IMG/VR virus record: IMGVR_UViG_3300048024_000800
Coordinates: 10,952-74,951 of that record
DNA from: a virus
Lineage: Duplodnaviria > Caudoviricetes
DNA length: 64,000 bases
Strand: one strand, 5' to 3'
The position numbers and the translations under genes are program-made. Shown one piece after another: positions 18,901 to 32,741 of this stretch; the first letter of the stretch is position 1, and each line of letters starts with the position of its first letter. The notes beneath the pieces are model-generated. The model searched no databases and was not told where the DNA came from. It was given only the letters and a program-made list of their open reading frames with translations.

Positions 18901-21129
18901 TATTATTCAGGGAAAATAAGCTCCAACCATGACTTTCCAAAAAAAGCAAGGATGCTTTTTACTAATTCTAATATACATTCTGACGGCTTTTCGTATTCAG
19001 GGAGTCATAAAGCTCAAAAGTACACCAGCTCGCTTGTTAGGTTTAATAATAAAGAGAAAAATTTTGCACCAGATGTCATTGTTGAAGAGGATTCAAAAGC
19101 TCTTCAAAGAATAGGGTTTCAGCAAAAAGAAACTATTGGATTTGGGATTACTTCTGAGTCTCAAGCTAGAAGGCTTGCTAGATGGACTCTTCATACTGCT
19201 AATTCGGAGGTTGATGCAGTGTCATTTAAAACGTCGCTCCCCGCAAGCTTATTACATCCTGGTTCTGTTTTTGAAGTGTCTGACGAAATGAGGGTTGGTA
19301 AAGGTCGAAGTGGAAGAATTTCTGAGATAATTATGACTAGAAATTATGATTTGCTGAATGAAGAAAATGAATCTGCTCTTATTGAGGATCCCTATATTTT
19401 GCTTGACAAGTTCGTAAGTCAGGGTCCTAACCCTTCAAGGGTTGAGCTTTCTGTATCTGTGGGCATAAGTAGCGGGTCGTTTTACTCAATAAATAATAGA
19501 TCGTTAGAAGAAAAAACTGTGGACGATCAAGACACTGAAATTGATAATGTGCAGTCTTCTCAGATACTTAGGTTTGACTGTTCCGTTGGTAGCTTAGGTG
19601 AAGTTGACGAAAGGCCTATTGGTGTTGGCCGACCTTCTATACTTGAAGATTTTTTGTTAAAAATAAGTTTAGAGGTTGATTCTAAGAATAACTCTTTTAA
19701 GGCTTATAAGCATGGATTTGTATCTGGGTCAAGAGTTAGATTTTTATCTAATGGAATTTTGCCTGCTGGGTTGGATGTTAATCGAGTTAATGATCGTTCC
19801 TACTTTATTATTAATGAGACTGACCATACTTTTCAAGTATCAAAAACGAATAACGGCGAACCTGTTTTTATCTATAACGAAGGGTTTGATGCTTTTCTTC
19901 AAAGAGGAGGTTCTCATTTTGTTTGCCCTGAAAACTTAAACGGGAAAACTTCCGCCGCAACTTTAGAATATTTAGGGCAAATACAAAAAGGTGCAAATTT
20001 TTCTATAAGCGGTAATGTGAATTCTGAAGTTAGTAACGTTGGGACTACTTCTTTAAACTCTTCTGAGCTTTCTAGTATAGGGGTATTAAATACTAGTTTT
20101 GCTAATTTTTTGTCGTGGCAATATTCTACTATACTTGGGCAAATATACATTTCTTCGAAGGAATGGGTTTTTTCAATTGATTTTGGGTGGGTTTACGTTA
20201 GTTATATTATTGATTCTCCGGTGGGTGATAGGTGGATATTTATCGAAGATATGGGGTGGACCCTTATAGATGCCGCGCAAGATTATTGGTGGATACCTTA
20301 TTACCACGAACATCAGACTATTAGCCCTTGGGTTTTTAAATCTGACAAAAATGAACTTTTTATTCGAGACTCTGATTGGGCCAGCAAGAAAAAAACTGAT
20401 TATGTTTATATAGGCGGATATTCTCATAATCCTTATGGTAAGAAATTTTTAATAACTTATGTCTCCGAAAGCTCTTTGGGTTATTGGGTTAAACAGCCAA
20501 GCCTCGAGCTAACTGAAGGAAGCCCTTCCGATCCCCCTTCGTCGCCGGAATCTGTAGATGTAAGTGGTCCCCATCAGGACAGTTCTTCATTGGATCATAT
20601 TTACTACATAGACAGTTTAAGTTCTGAGCAGGGGAGTGAGGCTATAGGAGTTAAGCTTTTAAGCTCTCAGCCTTTGGGCTCAAGGATTAATCCTAACGTA
20701 ATAATCGAAGGGTTCGAAAGTGAAAATCATAATTTCAACGCGTTAATTAATAAAAAATGGGAGGCAGTTTATATTGACGATCTTAATCTTGAGCTTATAG
20801 CTTCAAATCTAGAGGCTGCTGATTTTCTGCAAGATTCTTATCAAATTTATGATCATGGAAAGGTGAAATACGAGAGTGTTGCTTCCTCTATTTTTTCAAA
20901 TTTTTTAGAAAAAAAACTGTATAGAACTTTATCAGTAAAAGAGTTGCCTGATGGAGAATTTGAAGTTTCTGGTATGGAGTATAATTTTCAAAAATTTAAA
21001 TCTGTTGATGAAAATGAATCTTTGAGGACTCCTTATTTTCCTATACCGCCGCAGGCAGATATGAGTGTTCCTGATTCTCCTTCTGATTTGCAACTTGAAG
21101 ATAATACTTATAGGGGTGTATTTAAGTAA
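15985..21129 (+). CDS. Fused gpI (ubiquitin-like tail assembly protein) and gpJ (central tail tip / host specificity protein, N-terminal part)
   Basis: gpI motifs (KVYLHG.MGEKFG..W...V.TV.EALRAI; IHLVPSVQG; SY.MNG..N...[15 protein letters not shown]) followed by gpJ motifs ([71 protein letters not shown]). Confidence 0.9.
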   Translation: MKKVYLHGKMGEKFGSEWHFNVKTVPEALRAIDCNCEGFLDYFQQKINEGDKYFIFKKDYRNIKSKEDFEGSLVLNQDEALSEIESEEIHLVPSVQGSIPGFFAAASAWAANFFTVTTLINIVVMTAISYGIAMLTKPPDEEEVDVKTITSKSYVMNGASNRAAQGIPVPIGYGRLMVGSVNIGLERAIKKSSFLRSESDQVLQSFSTTRFLELICEGPIEGFVDQKGVKLAQEDWEKAVFLNEVPVRNEDGTYNYILSEEKNQSVVVDQISDVTTSISISTGDEDDFSQSTYFSDGINYIREYNKVMYGPSPYTIKNQAFLVEDEDSGLQEIEKAKKYGAKIFSHFVSNVSVGQCIFSLAARLSKSDTQGNTFPETCRFAILVQRFDGEFNILDKQSGCRVKISDDFRVNHGEIGIYEDESARGRDGRSIEKWEFGFRFYWEKLKDEEMQGENLVMFPIFRPKNIDEAVESFRTDAHFTEKAKSFEDFVDRNEEAYSSYKEKIKSSGIFCVNGIATESFEFQISCDFDFNFGTSEINEGITFKIIKLSPEYDPSISGEQDIAGMRKVRSMSFVSVQEKVDCSLRYPHSAICSVEFDSRNFENTPSRAYHLKLKKVLIPSNYDPILRKYIDDKGNKTPWDGLFKGQQTSVESLNSISDFHKYWTDNPAFILFDLIQNPRFGVSRYGLEEGSIDKWQIYKIAKYCDELVNTDYIVETKTQILRSFFTSGVVKFDKYSDILDGNYGYMEISVDDNFFYNSGDNRVLLQSKKVGRSDYSPLGLNRDDPCTSVSLEMIFDEILGREPTSEEVSIYEDFSIGRVCDSLVFKLNEQNPQSVFLDSDFKKEFGSGSQFAGKKIAFFSSDHNLSSFSPDVKLKIQKDSCLKNGRFGIEERILLDADPVSRKIYVSGPSFKGDFKPVLNPWGDELYLGGCACQVNHPLVEPRFSSNFYITDQTDALSALNHVCSIFRGIPSYYSGKISSNHDFPKKARMLFTNSNIHSDGFSYSGSHKAQKYTSSLVRFNNKEKNFAPDVIVEEDSKALQRIGFQQKETIGFGITSESQARRLARWTLHTANSEVDAVSFKTSLPASLLHPGSVFEVSDEMRVGKGRSGRISEIIMTRNYDLLNEENESALIEDPYILLDKFVSQGPNPSRVELSVSVGISSGSFYSINNRSLEEKTVDDQDTEIDNVQSSQILRFDCSVGSLGEVDERPIGVGRPSILEDFLLKISLEVDSKNNSFKAYKHGFVSGSRVRFLSNGILPAGLDVNRVNDRSYFIINETDHTFQVSKTNNGEPVFIYNEGFDAFLQRGGSHFVCPENLNGKTSAATLEYLGQIQKGANFSISGNVNSEVSNVGTTSLNSSELSSIGVLNTSFANFLSWQYSTILGQIYISSKEWVFSIDFGWVYVSYIIDSPVGDRWIFIEDMGWTLIDAAQDYWWIPYYHEHQTISPWVFKSDKNELFIRDSDWASKKKTDYVYIGGYSHNPYGKKFLITYVSESSLGYWVKQPSLELTEGSPSDPPSSPESVDVSGPHQDSSSLDHIYYIDSLSSEQGSEAIGVKLLSSQPLGSRINPNVIIEGFESENHNFNALINKKWEAVYIDDLNLELIASNLEAADFLQDSYQIYDHGKVKYESVASSIFSNFLEKKLYRTLSVKELPDGEFEVSGMEYNFQKFKSVDENESLRTPYFPIPPQADMSVPDSPSDLQLEDNTYRGVFK

Positions 21130-21130
21130 G
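21116..21130 (+). promoter_or_regulatory. Putative late promoter motif GTGTA (copy upstream of the giant fibre)
   Basis: GTGTATTTAAGTAAG-ATG; same motif and spacing as at 51254, 52947 and 55562. Confidence 0.5.
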
Positions 21131-24100
21131 ATGGCTACAACAATATTAGGGTTAAAGTTTAAGGTTAATGATCTTTCTGCTAGGTATGAGGTTGTTGGGA
21201 CGTCTGACAATTACTCTTTTTCTTATGATCTTGGTAAGGGCGAGGACCTGGTTGAGAGCTCTGTCAATAATCAATACAGCAAGTCTATAGATCTTCTAGG
21301 AAATTATGGCGTTTTTAATGTGCGGGTTTTTGCCGAAACTTCTCTGGGGATAAGGTCACAATTTATTGAAGAAAATGTAGTTATCTCTCCTCCAAGTTTT
21401 GGTGGAACTTATACGTTTTCTAAAATTCAGATGTCTTCACTTGGTAAAGATTTTGATCCGTTTATAAATAAAGCCGCTAGTCAGCAGGATAATTTATTAA
21501 ACTGTTCTTCTGTGTTTGCCGGTAGGCATGTAAATATAAAATGGGAGGTATCTCCTCCTCCAGGCCACCCTTTGGAGGGGCAATCTATTTCTTCAGAATT
21601 AATGTCCGATCCTTTTTTTGATCACTTTGAGTTAAGTCTAAAAAGTGGAAACCCTGGCCTAGATATCTCCAGTTTAAGCTCTTCAGAGCCTTTGATGAAT
21701 ACTCTTAAAACTGAAGAGGTTAATGAAGCGCTCTCTAATTATCGAGAGAATTTTTTAAATATAGATAATTATATTTTTGAGGATTTAGATTTAGCTAGAA
21801 ATTTAGACCTTCAAATTGTGTGCGTGGATTCTCTTGGTGATACGTGCACAGGTTTGATTAGCGGGTTTAATCCTGCTCCTGTTTTGAGTAGTTTTTCTAA
21901 TTCCACTTCTTCATCTAAGACTTCTTTTTCTTGGAGCTCTGAAGATTTTGACTTTAGGAATGTTCAGGTTTCTTACCTTGCTGTGCCTGATGGGCATTCT
22001 ATATATGATGACCAGGATCTTCAGAATAGTATACTTCATTTAGAGTCATTAAGTGCAGCAAAAGAATATATAGCTTTACCGGATTTTAGTTATCAGGTTG
22101 GAGATCTCGCGCTATATTCTGATGATAATGTATATAGAGCTACTCAAGATCATATAGTTGACTCTTTGAACGGCCCTGGAAATTTAAATTTTTGGGAGGA
22201 AGTCGGGCCTAAGGTTAATTTTCATTCTGATACAGAAACTGTTAATTTGAACTTTTTTGAGAATGTCCAGTTGTGGGGATTCAATTATTACTATTCTTTA
22301 TTACCTTTTGATGAGTTTGGGGCTGGAGATGTTTTTAATGTTACCAGTGAAGGCTTAAGTAGGAAGGGTGAGGGTGGTGAACTTAGGAGTTTTAATACGT
22401 CTGTTGCGATTAGTGATTTAAATTTTAGGGAGCGAGGCGATGATCTAGTTTTTTCTTGGGGCTTTTTTGATGAAAAAGGTAATAAGTTGGACCTTACTGA
22501 TTATAGGGTTAAATCTGATAGCATTGATGCAAGTGAGCAGCTGTTTGTTCAGGCTTACATTTTTGATGTAGACACTCTTGATGTTGTTTACGATATTGAC
22601 CCCCTAGATCCCTCTATCTTTGATTATTTTGAATACAATAGAGATTTAAATAATTCAATATATCTTCAGGGAGGTTTTCCTCCTTACGCTCAAGAGTTCG
22701 ATCCTGGTCAAGTTTATTCTCCTGATGGATCCAATAATTGCGCTTTTATTGAGGGGCAGTATAAAATTTTTAAGTCTGTAGCTCAGAACAGCTTTACTTC
22801 TCCTTATGTTCGTCCTTACTATAAGGATTGGATTAGCGAGAATAATTATTATTCTGTTTCTGATGAAAATATTGTAAAATACGATGGGGCCTTATATAAA
22901 GTTATACAAGACATTGGGCCTCTCGCTCCATCTGTGGTTGGTTTTTTTAATGAAGAGTTCCTGTCTGAGAATTCTGAATATTATTCTATAGGAGATTTAG
23001 TTTTTGCTCCTGATATTGATATTGAAATTTTTAACCCTTCTCTATCTTTTAATGTTGGGGAGTTGGTTTTTTATAGAGGGTCTGTTTACAGATGCCTTTC
23101 TTCTCAGTCTAAAGGTAACGCAATTTATCCGAATTTAGATTCTGAATTTTGGCGTAAAGAAAATCCGGTTGAAGATTTTTCATGCTCTGTCTTTAAACTA
23201 ATATACGATTCTTCGATCGAGCCAATGGGGGTAAGTCCAGCTTCAGTTAACTCGGGTTGGGAAAGGGTTACTCCAAATAATAACTCTGATTATTTTTCTT
23301 TATTTGCTGGGCCTTTCAATTATAATGTCGTAGAGTGGAGCGAAGATTATGATTTTTATGAGGGAGACTTTACTGTTTATGGAAATGATATTTGGATATG
23401 TCTCGCGCCAAATAGGTCGCAGCGACCCCCTGAATATTCTAGCTCCTGGAGCAATCAAATTTTTTCGTCAGATTCAAATTCATTTCAAGATATAGTTGCT
23501 GATTATAAGTTTGAGGATATTGTATTCCATAACGATCAGGTTTATAAGTGCTTATCTGATAATCCTACTGGCGCGCCTATATCTGCTATCAGCGAGCCTA
23601 ATAGGAGTTCATTAAGTAATTATTTAGATTCTCAGTGGATTCCTTTTTGGGAAGAGGATCTAAGTGACTATGGTAACGTATTTGGTCATGTAGGTATCCC
23701 CGAAAGCGGAAAAAGAGATATAGGCATAGATGTTTCTTTGGTCAATCTCAATGGCGACATATTAGACTCTTCGCGAATTATTGCGACTAATCCTCCTCCA
23801 AGAATATTACCGCAAGGCTTTAGTGTTGACAGTACAAGCATGGCTTCTAGGGTTAGATTTAATTTTAATTACGATCAGGGATTTCAAGAAAAAACAACGA
23901 AAGTCAATTTGTATAGATCTAGCTTTCCGGATTTCGATATAACCGGATCTGATAAATTTCCTCTTGAGCATATTGGTGCAGATTCTACATTCGTAAAGTC
24001 TGTGTTGGGTGCTGGAGATGCTACGTTTGGCGATAATATTACTGAAATTTTTGACGATCCTCCTTTATATGTAAACTCAGAAGGTATAGAGGAGGCTACT

Positions 24101-27100
24101 GGTTATTATTATAAAATTCTGCCTTTTGATGATTTTGGGTCCGGAGATTTGTTTGGAGTAAACCCCAGTAACGATGGAGGTCTTGACAAGATCATAGTTT
24201 ACCCAAAAAACTTTCACAGTCAAAATCCAACAGATCCAATTGGAGAAATTCCCAAAGCATCCCAACCAAACCTGGGTCCAGATGGGGGTATAATTTTATA
24301 CGAATCTATTCCTGGTCCAGCGCAAAACTTAACTGGAGATACTGCGTTTGTAAACTACTTCTTGAATTGGGATATGCCTACTTCAGAAAGGGATGAGAAT
24401 GATAATTTTGTTAAGAGAGTTCCTAATGATATTGATTATTATGAAATCTGGGAATCTACAGGTAAATATATAAACTACAGTTTGGATGGAGGAGTTAGTT
24501 CAAGCTTTTTGAATCAAACTACTAATCTAAATGGTTATAGAAGAATTATTGGAGATCTTGAAAGCTATGGAGATGTACCTTTAGAGGCAATTGATATCGC
24601 AGAAAGTATAGTTGGTGCAAAAAATATATTTGATGTAGACGCTCGGTCGCTGTCCTTAGAAACCACTTACAAGGGGGAAGTTAATGATAGAAGATATTTT
24701 TGGGTAAGACCTGTAGATTTTGCAGGAAATAAGGGACCTTTTACTGGAGCCAAAAATTTCGATGGAGAGTACGTTGAGGGTTTAGAGTTAACACTGGGAC
24801 AAGCAAAAACTACAGATATTGCTGACTTTGAGCAAAATATAACAAAAACATTTCCTAATACGGTAGCTTTGGTTCCCAATAACCCTTTTAAAAATCAAGA
24901 CCCCAATAGTTCGTCTATATCTTGGGAAAGTCATTATTTGTATAATAACGGAACTGGCTATTATATTTCTGCAGGTAGCACAGACGATAAATTTCTTTAT
25001 TTTACGGGAAGTTCTTTAGAGTTAACTGAAGACCAAAAGAAGGAAGAATTAAAGTTGGGTCAAGCTGGAGGAGGAACTCTTGACGACTCTAAAAATAATC
25101 CCCTTAGGAATGTAGTCTTTACTGGAGATTACGATTCTGTAAATTATCATCCCGCTGGACAGGGGCAGGGTACCGACGATGAGCTTCCGGCAGTAGTAGA
25201 TGATAGCGATTTTATAATAGCAAGAAATGTAAACGGCATAGCTTCTCCAATGTGGCACGCATTTGCTAACGCATTGATTGGTAGTGCTCACATAGAAAAT
25301 GCCGCTATTACAAATGCAAAAATTCATAACTTAACTGCAGACAAAATTAGAAGTGCAGAAATAAAAGGTCAAGATATTCAGGTGGGTCTTGGTGGGGGTA
25401 GCGGTCAAATTAGGAGCGCTGGCTTCGATGGTCTTGCTGATACTGGAAAAGGTTTTGTTGTTAGTGGAGACGGAAGCTTCGTTTTTGCGGCGGACGACGG
25501 AAGATTACACTTTGATGATGGCGAACTTGTATTAGAAGGAAAGCTTAAGCAAGTTGATGGTAAAGAATATACATTTATAGATTTAGATGCTTCGCCTGAT
25601 TCTTTCTTTTATAGTGAATTGTCTGATGGAACATATGTTAGTGATGAACCTCAAACCTGTGAAATTAGGGCGTCTTTTCAAAATAGTTTTGTTCAAGAAA
25701 ATCAAGTTAGATTTAGAGTCAGTAATCCTAATAATGGATATGAATTTATTAAGTATAGCGATTTTGATGATGATCCTACGACATATGGTAAATACAATAT
25801 AAGCGGATTTAAATATGATCCAACCGATGGTGACTTTGTAGGCGGAGAACCTAAGGTTGCTACTGCGGAATTTAATGTAACTGGATTTAATCAAATGATT
25901 AATACTGTTGATCCGCAGCTTACAACAATTATTGTTTCTGCATCAGGATTAAATACCTCAACCGAAAGATCAATTCCAATTAATTTTGTAGCCGATGGAG
26001 CGGCTGCTGTATATGTAGAACTTGCTGCAACTCAACAAGTTTTTGAATACGATTCGGATGGAAATGAGCTTGCAACGAATAGTGATCCTACATTAACTGC
26101 GACGGCATATAATGCTGATGGATTGATATATTACAACTTTATTTCTGGCGGATTGAGTTTGCAGAATTCAGTATCAAATTATTATCAAGTGACAGGTATA
26201 CCTGAAAAATTTGAAGATATGCCGATAGCTTTTTCTGTGGATATAAGTGGACAAGACGATTCTTCTATACTTGCTTCTGATCGTTTTACATTTTTCGGAA
26301 CGCATCCAGGTAAAGATTCGTATACTGTTTTTCTAACAAATGAAAATCATACATATCCAGCAAATGAGAATGGGCTTGTTCATCCTGATGATCTTGAAGT
26401 AGGTAAAACTCAAGTTAGGTTTTTTAGGGGAACTGGAGAATATAGATATGATCAAGCTGGTTCTGCAGATAAAAGTTTTAGTCTTGTTAGTGTCACTAGC
26501 AGCCATCAAAATGTTGTTACTCATTCTGAAGATCCACAAGGGGTTGGTGTTGATAGAAAACTTTTTGTTAAAATGGCCGCCTATCCTGACGATAAAAATG
26601 AGGGAACTTTTACAATAAAAGTAAAAGACAATCAATACAGCGATGTTACTTTTGAAAAAATATACACCTACTCAAAATCAATAGAAGCTGCCAAGGGAAG
26701 AACTGTTGAGTTGTCTGCCGGTGCACAGGCTATTAAGTATGATACTGCGGGTGATAATCCAACACAAAATCAAACAGTTGAAATAACCGCATTTGCGACT
26801 AATTTCATTGCGGCAGCGCAATATGAATTTTTCATAGGAAATACTAAAATTCAGAACAAAAATGTGGGTGCTACTATAGAAATTAACATTCCTGCTACTC
26901 ATGATGGAACTGCAACAACAAGTAATCCAGACGACCCCACTAATTCTGCAACTTATAATTTACCTGTTACAATAGAATGTAAAGCATATGACACGACAAA
27001 AAATGATACTGGAGATGTAATCGACACTAATCCAAGGGCTACAGACCAAATTACAATATTCGGTCTGAAGGAAGGCTCTAATGCTATAACTGTAATTCAG

Positions 27101-30100
27101 TCTCAGCAGTTTGTTAATGTTCCTGTAAAAAATGATAGCTCTGGTGGAGTAACTGATGTAGATGTTTCTAATACAGAAAATATATTAACTGTTTTTGATG
27201 GAACAAATCAATTAAATTATAAATCGGGCTCTGTTCCGACAGACATAGATGATGGAGATATTGGTTTTTATGTTGCTGCTACTTCATCGTCTTTAACGGT
27301 AACCTCTGGGGCTGTTACCGGTCCGCCTAAGCAATTTAAAACAAGCATAGCTCAAGCCTCAGATTGGTTTACGAGCGAAAATTCAGCCAAAATAAATTAT
27401 GCAATAACTGTAATTGACCATGATGAACAAAAAAGAGAATTAGATGCAGAACAAAATTTAGTTAAAACTTTTGATGGAACAATAGCAAGAAAAGTAGATT
27501 TAACTGCTGATGATCAAACAATAGAGTATGATTCCGCAGGAAATACTGATTCGGGTCAAAAAATTACTCTTACCGCTACGGCACATAATACAATTGGAGA
27601 TGTTTACTATAAATATACTGTAACAGATTCTAGTGGAGCTGTTGTTGATAATAGTCTAGATGTAAGCGGATTTAACAAGGATGATACAGAGGTTAAATAT
27701 ACTGTACCACAAGTAATTGGCGGCCCTGTAAAAATTAAAGTTGAAATAAGTGAAAAGTCCGATGGAAGTGTTGTTCTAGCAACAGACGAAATTACAATTT
27801 ATTCTTTGAAGAACGGATCTGATGTTATCACAGCAATCTTAAGTAACGAAGCTCATTCTTTAACCAAAGATTTTGAAGGAATAATCACTTCTACGGGAAG
27901 CGGAACAGATATTAAAGTTTTCCAAGGGACACAAGAATTAACATTTGTTGCAGGAACAGTAAACCCTTCGGGTGAGAATACTTTTACGGTAGAGGATTCA
28001 ACTATAGGCGGAGTTACTAATGGAAGCATGGCCCAGCATGCAGATCAAGACAAGAAGTATTGCGTTGTAGAACCTCATGACTTTAGCTCTTTCACTGGTC
28101 AATCTGCGACGATTACATATACAATAAAATTTAAAAATGACGTTGGAGAAACAGGCACCATAACGAAACAACAAACCTTCTCTATATCTCAAGAAGGAGA
28201 ACACGCAAGAAAAGTTGATCTAACAGGAGACCAAGCTGTAAAGTATAATACTGCTGGAAGTTCTCCTGATCCTGATGAGATTACATTAACTGCAACCGCA
28301 CTCAACCAAAGGTCAAGTTCGACTTTGCTATATAGGTACAGCCTTGTCGGAAATACAATAGGTACTCTTAAGGAGGGCAACAGCACTTACAACGAAGAGT
28401 TCATCAGTGAGAATACAATAAAGTATAATCCTCCTGACAATAAATTTAAGGTTGCTACTGTTATGGTTGAAATGCGTGAGGATGGAACTGATGTAGCTAA
28501 AGATACATTAAGTATTTATGGTATTCAAGACGGCTCTGATGTTATCACAGCAATATTAAGTAACGAAGCTCATACCCTACCTAAGAATTTTAATAACATT
28601 GTTGATTATTCAGGAAGCGGAACAACTATTCAAGTATATCAAGGTACTACTGAGTTAGCTGTGGTCGACGACTCGACCACACTTTCTGCGGGAAAATACA
28701 AGATAAGTACAGCGGCAGCCGGTATACAAGCTAATCGATCGACAACAACATTAAATGAATTCGATAACGCATCAAATTTAACTGCAGATGCTGCAAGCAT
28801 AACGTTTACCATAGAAGGAAAAGATTCTGACGGCAAAGATTTCTCAATTGTTAAGACGCAAACCTTCTCTATATCTGCACAAGGTATACTAGGTAATAGA
28901 GGGGTAGGTATAACGTTTAGAGGAGTTTATGATCCAACCGAAGAAGAGTATATTGGCGCGGTTGATGGAGGGAACAGAGGTGATGTGGTTGAATATAATG
29001 GTTCATATTATTTGTGTATACAAGATAATGGGACTAAGGCAGGCTTATCAGTAAAAAACCCTACTGATGGCGCGTACTGGGAAGGGTTTGGTGCTGAGTT
29101 TTCAAGCGTAGCAACAGATATATTGTTGGCTCAAGACGCCGCAATAACTAGATCTTTGGTGATGGGCAAAAATACTAAAGATCCGTCGGGAAGCGGAGGA
29201 GTAATAAGAAGCGCAAATAAAACGGGATTTGGAGATGGTAACGAAGGATTTTTCCTTGGTGATACTGATGTTGTTGAATTTGAAGTTGGTGATTCTGATT
29301 CTTTTATTAAATTTGATACTGATTCAGATAGAGTAGAAATTAAGGGTTCATTGATTATTAATAGTAGGGATGATAGTAATTTAAATATTAATTCTATAGA
29401 TGGAGAAGACGCAACATTTATTGGTGGTGGATATAATAATTCGATATCAGGTTTGGGTTCCTCGATTGTTGGTGGGGGAGAAAATGATATAAGCGGAAGG
29501 TTTTCTTTTATAGGTGGTGGTTTTAATAATAATATGGGCGACAATTTCTCTGCTATTGTTGCTGGATACAATAACGAAATGCCAAATACTGGAGAGCTGC
29601 ATCAAGGAGCTAATCTTATTGGGGCAGGAATACATAATATTATTGACGGAGGAACTTCACAAACTATAGTAAATGGAAGCGAAAACCTTATTCATCAAAC
29701 AGGAAATGTTGGGGACGAGCTTGTAGCTTTTGATGGTCAACAAGGTTGGCTTTCTCCAGGTTTTCTTGGAACTTTTTCTGGCTATGGAGGTGGAGGTTTG
29801 GCGTATAATAAAAGCGCTAATTTCGTAGATGGTCTGGCAGGTTGGGTTGAAAACTCTTGGTGGCCATCATACAAAAAAGATTGGGGTGTGAATACGTTAA
29901 GTAATGTATTTTATATTGGGAGTAACCGAGGAATAAGTCAAGGCGCCTGGGTTTATCATACCGATTTAAAGTGGTGCAATTTTTCGGATCAAAGTAGTGA
30001 AGTGTATAATGACGCTGAATATAGAATTTATGATAGTTTATATGGAAAAGCTTATCCTAATAAAGATACGTTTTACATTTATATGGCAAGTTTTGATCCA

Positions 30101-32722
30101 GACTTTCGGGATTTTTATTTCTGGTACAAAGATGAAGGTCTTGCTCTGGTGCAGTCTGGGGGTTCTTTGGGTCTAGGTATTAAACTTTATAGACATATAC
30201 TGCCAGCAGCTTACGACGCTACGACCACCTACGTCGCGGGAGCCCTAGTCGCTGATCCGGTAGATAGCAAGTATTATAAAAGCACAAATGGAGCAGCTGC
30301 CGGAGGAGGAGTTCCTTCTTCAACCGCTGGATGGACAGTTGCTGACGACATTTCGTCTTATGGTTGGTATTTTTTACTAAAGGATAATAATTCTGAAATT
30401 AAGTTGTATCATTATAACACTCAACAATTGCATTCACCGATTAGCGTGTCGGTTGATACGGATGGCGATGGAGTGGATGACTATTTGGACCTGGATGACG
30501 ATGGCGATGGAATCCCAGATGTTGATGACGACTTTCCGCTAGATTCCACAGAAGATACTGATACAGACGGTGACAATATAGGAGATAATGCAGACACAGA
30601 TGATGATAACGATGGAACCCTAGATGTTAACGACGATTATCCTCTTGATCCAAATAAAGCGTCAGGAACTGATACTGACGGAGATGGGCAAGACGATGAA
30701 TTTGACGAAGATGATGATGGTGATGGGCTATTAGATATAAACGATAACTTTTCGTTAGACGCTCAGCAAGCTCAAGCGATCACTTGGAACAATAATACTT
30801 CTCACAACTTGAATGCTGGTTCGTTTTCTTTGGAAGCTACTAGCACCTCAGGACTCACGCTTTCGTACACAAGTAGCAACACATCAATTGCAACAGTAAA
30901 TTCAAGCGGGTTGGTGACACCGCTAACAGGTGGAGCATTTACAATAACAATATCTGCGCCAGCCAATGCAAGTTACTTTGCAGCTTCTTTGACTACTGCT
31001 TCGATCACTGTGATTGATGACGTAACTGATACTGATGACGATGGAATTCCAGATTCTTCTGATCCATTTCCAAACCAGGTAGCTCAAACGATCTCTTGGA
31101 ACAATAGTACTTCTCACAACTTGAGTGACGGCCCTTTTTCTTTGGAAGCTTCTACCGATTCAGTAGTCACGCTTACGTACGCAAGTAGCAACACATCAAT
31201 TGCAACAGTAGATGCAAGTGGATTGGTGACACCGCTAACAGGCGGAGCATTTACAATAACAATATCTGCACCAGCCAATGCAGGTTACTTTGCAGCTTCT
31301 TTGACTTCTGCTTCGATCACTGTGATTGATGATGTAACTGATACTGATGGGGATGGAGTGGTTGATCTGAATGATAACTTTCCAAACAATCCTAACCGCG
31401 CAAGCGGAACGGACACTGATGGTGATGGTATAGATGACGAATTTGAGATTTTTACCCCAGTAGACGAAGCGCAACTTAAAACTGCCGTGGACGAGTGGAT
31501 TGACGATGAAGCGTCTGCGGTGATAAAGTATAAAGATATTAATACGTGGAACGTAAGTAATGTAACGAACATGAGAGCTATGTTTCACAGTGCAACATCT
31601 TTTAATCAAGACATAAGCTCCTGGGACGTTAGTAATGTGACAGATATGGCTTACATGTTTTACAAAGCAACATCTTTTAATCAAGACATAAGTTCTTGGA
31701 ATGTTAGTAATGTGACAAGTATGATAGACATGTTTAATGGAGCAGCATCTTTTGATCAAGACCTTAGTAGTTGGGATTTCGGCCCACGCGCTAATGGCTT
31801 TGGACCCAATATGCATGATATGTTTGAGTATAACAGCGTGTTTGGGGGTCCACGATTAAGTGTGTTTAATTATGATGCACTATTGAATTCAATTAAAAAT
31901 CACGTTGAGGCTGCGGATGGGTATTCAGGCGGTTTAAATGGAGGAGGCTCTTATTATTCAATCAACGGATTGGCGGCAAGGAATTATCTCAGCACAGGAG
32001 TCTGGGCCCCATACGAGTGGGATTGGGCCGTTCAAGATTGGGGACAACTGAAGACTGCAGGTCTTTCTTTAAGCTTTGATACAAAAACATTAACCATTGA
32101 AGATAATAACTATAACACTCACAATCTTTACGCTTGGTTCCAGTGGCAATGCGACTTGGCTGGGAAAGATGTGGCGTGGAACCGCACTGGCAACGCTCTT
32201 GATCTAGGCGACTGGAACATACTCATAACAGGTTATTCAAGATACACTGGCGACATGACAACGACGGGAATCATTACTGTAGACGTGCCGTTATATATAT
32301 ATGAGACTTATGGTCAGGCATTTGCGGGAAATAGGACAGACGCGAACGGACTATTTAGAAGTTTACATCCCCAAGTCTCTTTTGACCCCGTTACTAAAAT
32401 AGTCACTACTAAGTTCTTCCCTGGTCCTGATGGCGCTTACGAGACTTGGAGTACGGTTGTCTCCAGTGAATCGCATAGTTTTGCTAAAATATACAGCGCA
32501 GGGTTATATTCTAGCGGTGAGGTGATCGGTTATTATGGTAGCGGGGGTGGTGAAGTTGTCTTCCAGTCCGACGCGTTAGACAGCTCGTTTAACGGAGAAT
32601 ATAAATTTACATTTTCCGGAAAAAGTAAAAACCCCTATACAGGCACCTTTATAGCGAGCCAACCCATGCATTATGTCTCGTCAGGGGAAGAGGTGTTTCT
32701 TACAATAAATATACAGACCTAA
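21131..32722 (+). CDS. Giant mosaic tail fibre/tip protein (~3860 aa) with FN3-like, CBM5/12-like, gpJ C-terminal-like, Ig-like, GGxxN, TSP3, Big_2 and DUF285/BspA-like modules
   Basis: ATG 21131 preferred over the called 21065 because it follows the gpJ stop and a GTGTA motif. Contains YxxGDxVxYxxxxY repeats, [24 protein letters not shown], [LT][ST]NE[AN]H repeats, FIGGGxxN repeats, DTDGDG repeats and WxVSNVTxMxxMF..[10 protein letters not shown] repeats. Confidence 0.85.
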   Translation: MATTILGLKFKVNDLSARYEVVGTSDNYSFSYDLGKGEDLVESSVNNQYSKSIDLLGNYGVFNVRVFAETSLGIRSQFIEENVVISPPSFGGTYTFSKIQMSSLGKDFDPFINKAASQQDNLLNCSSVFAGRHVNIKWEVSPPPGHPLEGQSISSELMSDPFFDHFELSLKSGNPGLDISSLSSSEPLMNTLKTEEVNEALSNYRENFLNIDNYIFEDLDLARNLDLQIVCVDSLGDTCTGLISGFNPAPVLSSFSNSTSSSKTSFSWSSEDFDFRNVQVSYLAVPDGHSIYDDQDLQNSILHLESLSAAKEYIALPDFSYQVGDLALYSDDNVYRATQDHIVDSLNGPGNLNFWEEVGPKVNFHSDTETVNLNFFENVQLWGFNYYYSLLPFDEFGAGDVFNVTSEGLSRKGEGGELRSFNTSVAISDLNFRERGDDLVFSWGFFDEKGNKLDLTDYRVKSDSIDASEQLFVQAYIFDVDTLDVVYDIDPLDPSIFDYFEYNRDLNNSIYLQGGFPPYAQEFDPGQVYSPDGSNNCAFIEGQYKIFKSVAQNSFTSPYVRPYYKDWISENNYYSVSDENIVKYDGALYKVIQDIGPLAPSVVGFFNEEFLSENSEYYSIGDLVFAPDIDIEIFNPSLSFNVGELVFYRGSVYRCLSSQSKGNAIYPNLDSEFWRKENPVEDFSCSVFKLIYDSSIEPMGVSPASVNSGWERVTPNNNSDYFSLFAGPFNYNVVEWSEDYDFYEGDFTVYGNDIWICLAPNRSQRPPEYSSSWSNQIFSSDSNSFQDIVADYKFEDIVFHNDQVYKCLSDNPTGAPISAISEPNRSSLSNYLDSQWIPFWEEDLSDYGNVFGHVGIPESGKRDIGIDVSLVNLNGDILDSSRIIATNPPPRILPQGFSVDSTSMASRVRFNFNYDQGFQEKTTKVNLYRSSFPDFDITGSDKFPLEHIGADSTFVKSVLGAGDATFGDNITEIFDDPPLYVNSEGIEEATGYYYKILPFDDFGSGDLFGVNPSNDGGLDKIIVYPKNFHSQNPTDPIGEIPKASQPNLGPDGGIILYESIPGPAQNLTGDTAFVNYFLNWDMPTSERDENDNFVKRVPNDIDYYEIWESTGKYINYSLDGGVSSSFLNQTTNLNGYRRIIGDLESYGDVPLEAIDIAESIVGAKNIFDVDARSLSLETTYKGEVNDRRYFWVRPVDFAGNKGPFTGAKNFDGEYVEGLELTLGQAKTTDIADFEQNITKTFPNTVALVPNNPFKNQDPNSSSISWESHYLYNNGTGYYISAGSTDDKFLYFTGSSLELTEDQKKEELKLGQAGGGTLDDSKNNPLRNVVFTGDYDSVNYHPAGQGQGTDDELPAVVDDSDFIIARNVNGIASPMWHAFANALIGSAHIENAAITNAKIHNLTADKIRSAEIKGQDIQVGLGGGSGQIRSAGFDGLADTGKGFVVSGDGSFVFAADDGRLHFDDGELVLEGKLKQVDGKEYTFIDLDASPDSFFYSELSDGTYVSDEPQTCEIRASFQNSFVQENQVRFRVSNPNNGYEFIKYSDFDDDPTTYGKYNISGFKYDPTDGDFVGGEPKVATAEFNVTGFNQMINTVDPQLTTIIVSASGLNTSTERSIPINFVADGAAAVYVELAATQQVFEYDSDGNELATNSDPTLTATAYNADGLIYYNFISGGLSLQNSVSNYYQVTGIPEKFEDMPIAFSVDISGQDDSSILASDRFTFFGTHPGKDSYTVFLTNENHTYPANENGLVHPDDLEVGKTQVRFFRGTGEYRYDQAGSADKSFSLVSVTSSHQNVVTHSEDPQGVGVDRKLFVKMAAYPDDKNEGTFTIKVKDNQYSDVTFEKIYTYSKSIEAAKGRTVELSAGAQAIKYDTAGDNPTQNQTVEITAFATNFIAAAQYEFFIGNTKIQNKNVGATIEINIPATHDGTATTSNPDDPTNSATYNLPVTIECKAYDTTKNDTGDVIDTNPRATDQITIFGLKEGSNAITVIQSQQFVNVPVKNDSSGGVTDVDVSNTENILTVFDGTNQLNYKSGSVPTDIDDGDIGFYVAATSSSLTVTSGAVTGPPKQFKTSIAQASDWFTSENSAKINYAITVIDHDEQKRELDAEQNLVKTFDGTIARKVDLTADDQTIEYDSAGNTDSGQKITLTATAHNTIGDVYYKYTVTDSSGAVVDNSLDVSGFNKDDTEVKYTVPQVIGGPVKIKVEISEKSDGSVVLATDEITIYSLKNGSDVITAILSNEAHSLTKDFEGIITSTGSGTDIKVFQGTQELTFVAGTVNPSGENTFTVEDSTIGGVTNGSMAQHADQDKKYCVVEPHDFSSFTGQSATITYTIKFKNDVGETGTITKQQTFSISQEGEHARKVDLTGDQAVKYNTAGSSPDPDEITLTATALNQRSSSTLLYRYSLVGNTIGTLKEGNSTYNEEFISENTIKYNPPDNKFKVATVMVEMREDGTDVAKDTLSIYGIQDGSDVITAILSNEAHTLPKNFNNIVDYSGSGTTIQVYQGTTELAVVDDSTTLSAGKYKISTAAAGIQANRSTTTLNEFDNASNLTADAASITFTIEGKDSDGKDFSIVKTQTFSISAQGILGNRGVGITFRGVYDPTEEEYIGAVDGGNRGDVVEYNGSYYLCIQDNGTKAGLSVKNPTDGAYWEGFGAEFSSVATDILLAQDAAITRSLVMGKNTKDPSGSGGVIRSANKTGFGDGNEGFFLGDTDVVEFEVGDSDSFIKFDTDSDRVEIKGSLIINSRDDSNLNINSIDGEDATFIGGGYNNSISGLGSSIVGGGENDISGRFSFIGGGFNNNMGDNFSAIVAGYNNEMPNTGELHQGANLIGAGIHNIIDGGTSQTIVNGSENLIHQTGNVGDELVAFDGQQGWLSPGFLGTFSGYGGGGLAYNKSANFVDGLAGWVENSWWPSYKKDWGVNTLSNVFYIGSNRGISQGAWVYHTDLKWCNFSDQSSEVYNDAEYRIYDSLYGKAYPNKDTFYIYMASFDPDFRDFYFWYKDEGLALVQSGGSLGLGIKLYRHILPAAYDATTTYVAGALVADPVDSKYYKSTNGAAAGGGVPSSTAGWTVADDISSYGWYFLLKDNNSEIKLYHYNTQQLHSPISVSVDTDGDGVDDYLDLDDDGDGIPDVDDDFPLDSTEDTDTDGDNIGDNADTDDDNDGTLDVNDDYPLDPNKASGTDTDGDGQDDEFDEDDDGDGLLDINDNFSLDAQQAQAITWNNNTSHNLNAGSFSLEATSTSGLTLSYTSSNTSIATVNSSGLVTPLTGGAFTITISAPANASYFAASLTTASITVIDDVTDTDDDGIPDSSDPFPNQVAQTISWNNSTSHNLSDGPFSLEASTDSVVTLTYASSNTSIATVDASGLVTPLTGGAFTITISAPANAGYFAASLTSASITVIDDVTDTDGDGVVDLNDNFPNNPNRASGTDTDGDGIDDEFEIFTPVDEAQLKTAVDEWIDDEASAVIKYKDINTWNVSNVTNMRAMFHSATSFNQDISSWDVSNVTDMAYMFYKATSFNQDISSWNVSNVTSMIDMFNGAASFDQDLSSWDFGPRANGFGPNMHDMFEYNSVFGGPRLSVFNYDALLNSIKNHVEAADGYSGGLNGGGSYYSINGLAARNYLSTGVWAPYEWDWAVQDWGQLKTAGLSLSFDTKTLTIEDNNYNTHNLYAWFQWQCDLAGKDVAWNRTGNALDLGDWNILITGYSRYTGDMTTTGIITVDVPLYIYETYGQAFAGNRTDANGLFRSLHPQVSFDPVTKIVTTKFFPGPDGAYETWSTVVSSESHSFAKIYSAGLYSSGEVIGYYGSGGGEVVFQSDALDSSFNGEYKFTFSGKSKNPYTGTFIASQPMHYVSSGEEVFLTINIQT
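30450..30750 (+). repeat. Asp-rich thrombospondin type-3-like Ca-binding repeats (DxDGDG / DDDxDG) within the fibre
   Basis: [62 protein letters not shown]. Confidence 0.85.
30770..31350 (+). repeat. Tandem direct duplication (two ~270-bp copies, 312-bp period) encoding Big_2-like Ig domains
   Basis: Copies at ~30770-31038 and ~31082-31350 share long identical runs such as CAAGTAGCAACACATCAATTGCAACAGTA and GGAGCATTTACAATAACAATATCTGC. Confidence 0.9.
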
Positions 32723-32741
32723 TAATGAAAGAAATTAAAAA

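Noticed and set aside
21065-21130. Apparent hydrophobic signal peptide ([11 protein letters not shown]...) on the giant fibre
   Set aside because: It arises from an upstream GTG overlapping gpJ; the more plausible start is ATG 21131.
30770-31350. Possible DGR template/variable repeat pair in the fibre
   Set aside because: Mismatches are not confined to adenines of one copy, both copies are in frame in one ORF, and no reverse transcriptase is in the window; it is an ordinary domain duplication.
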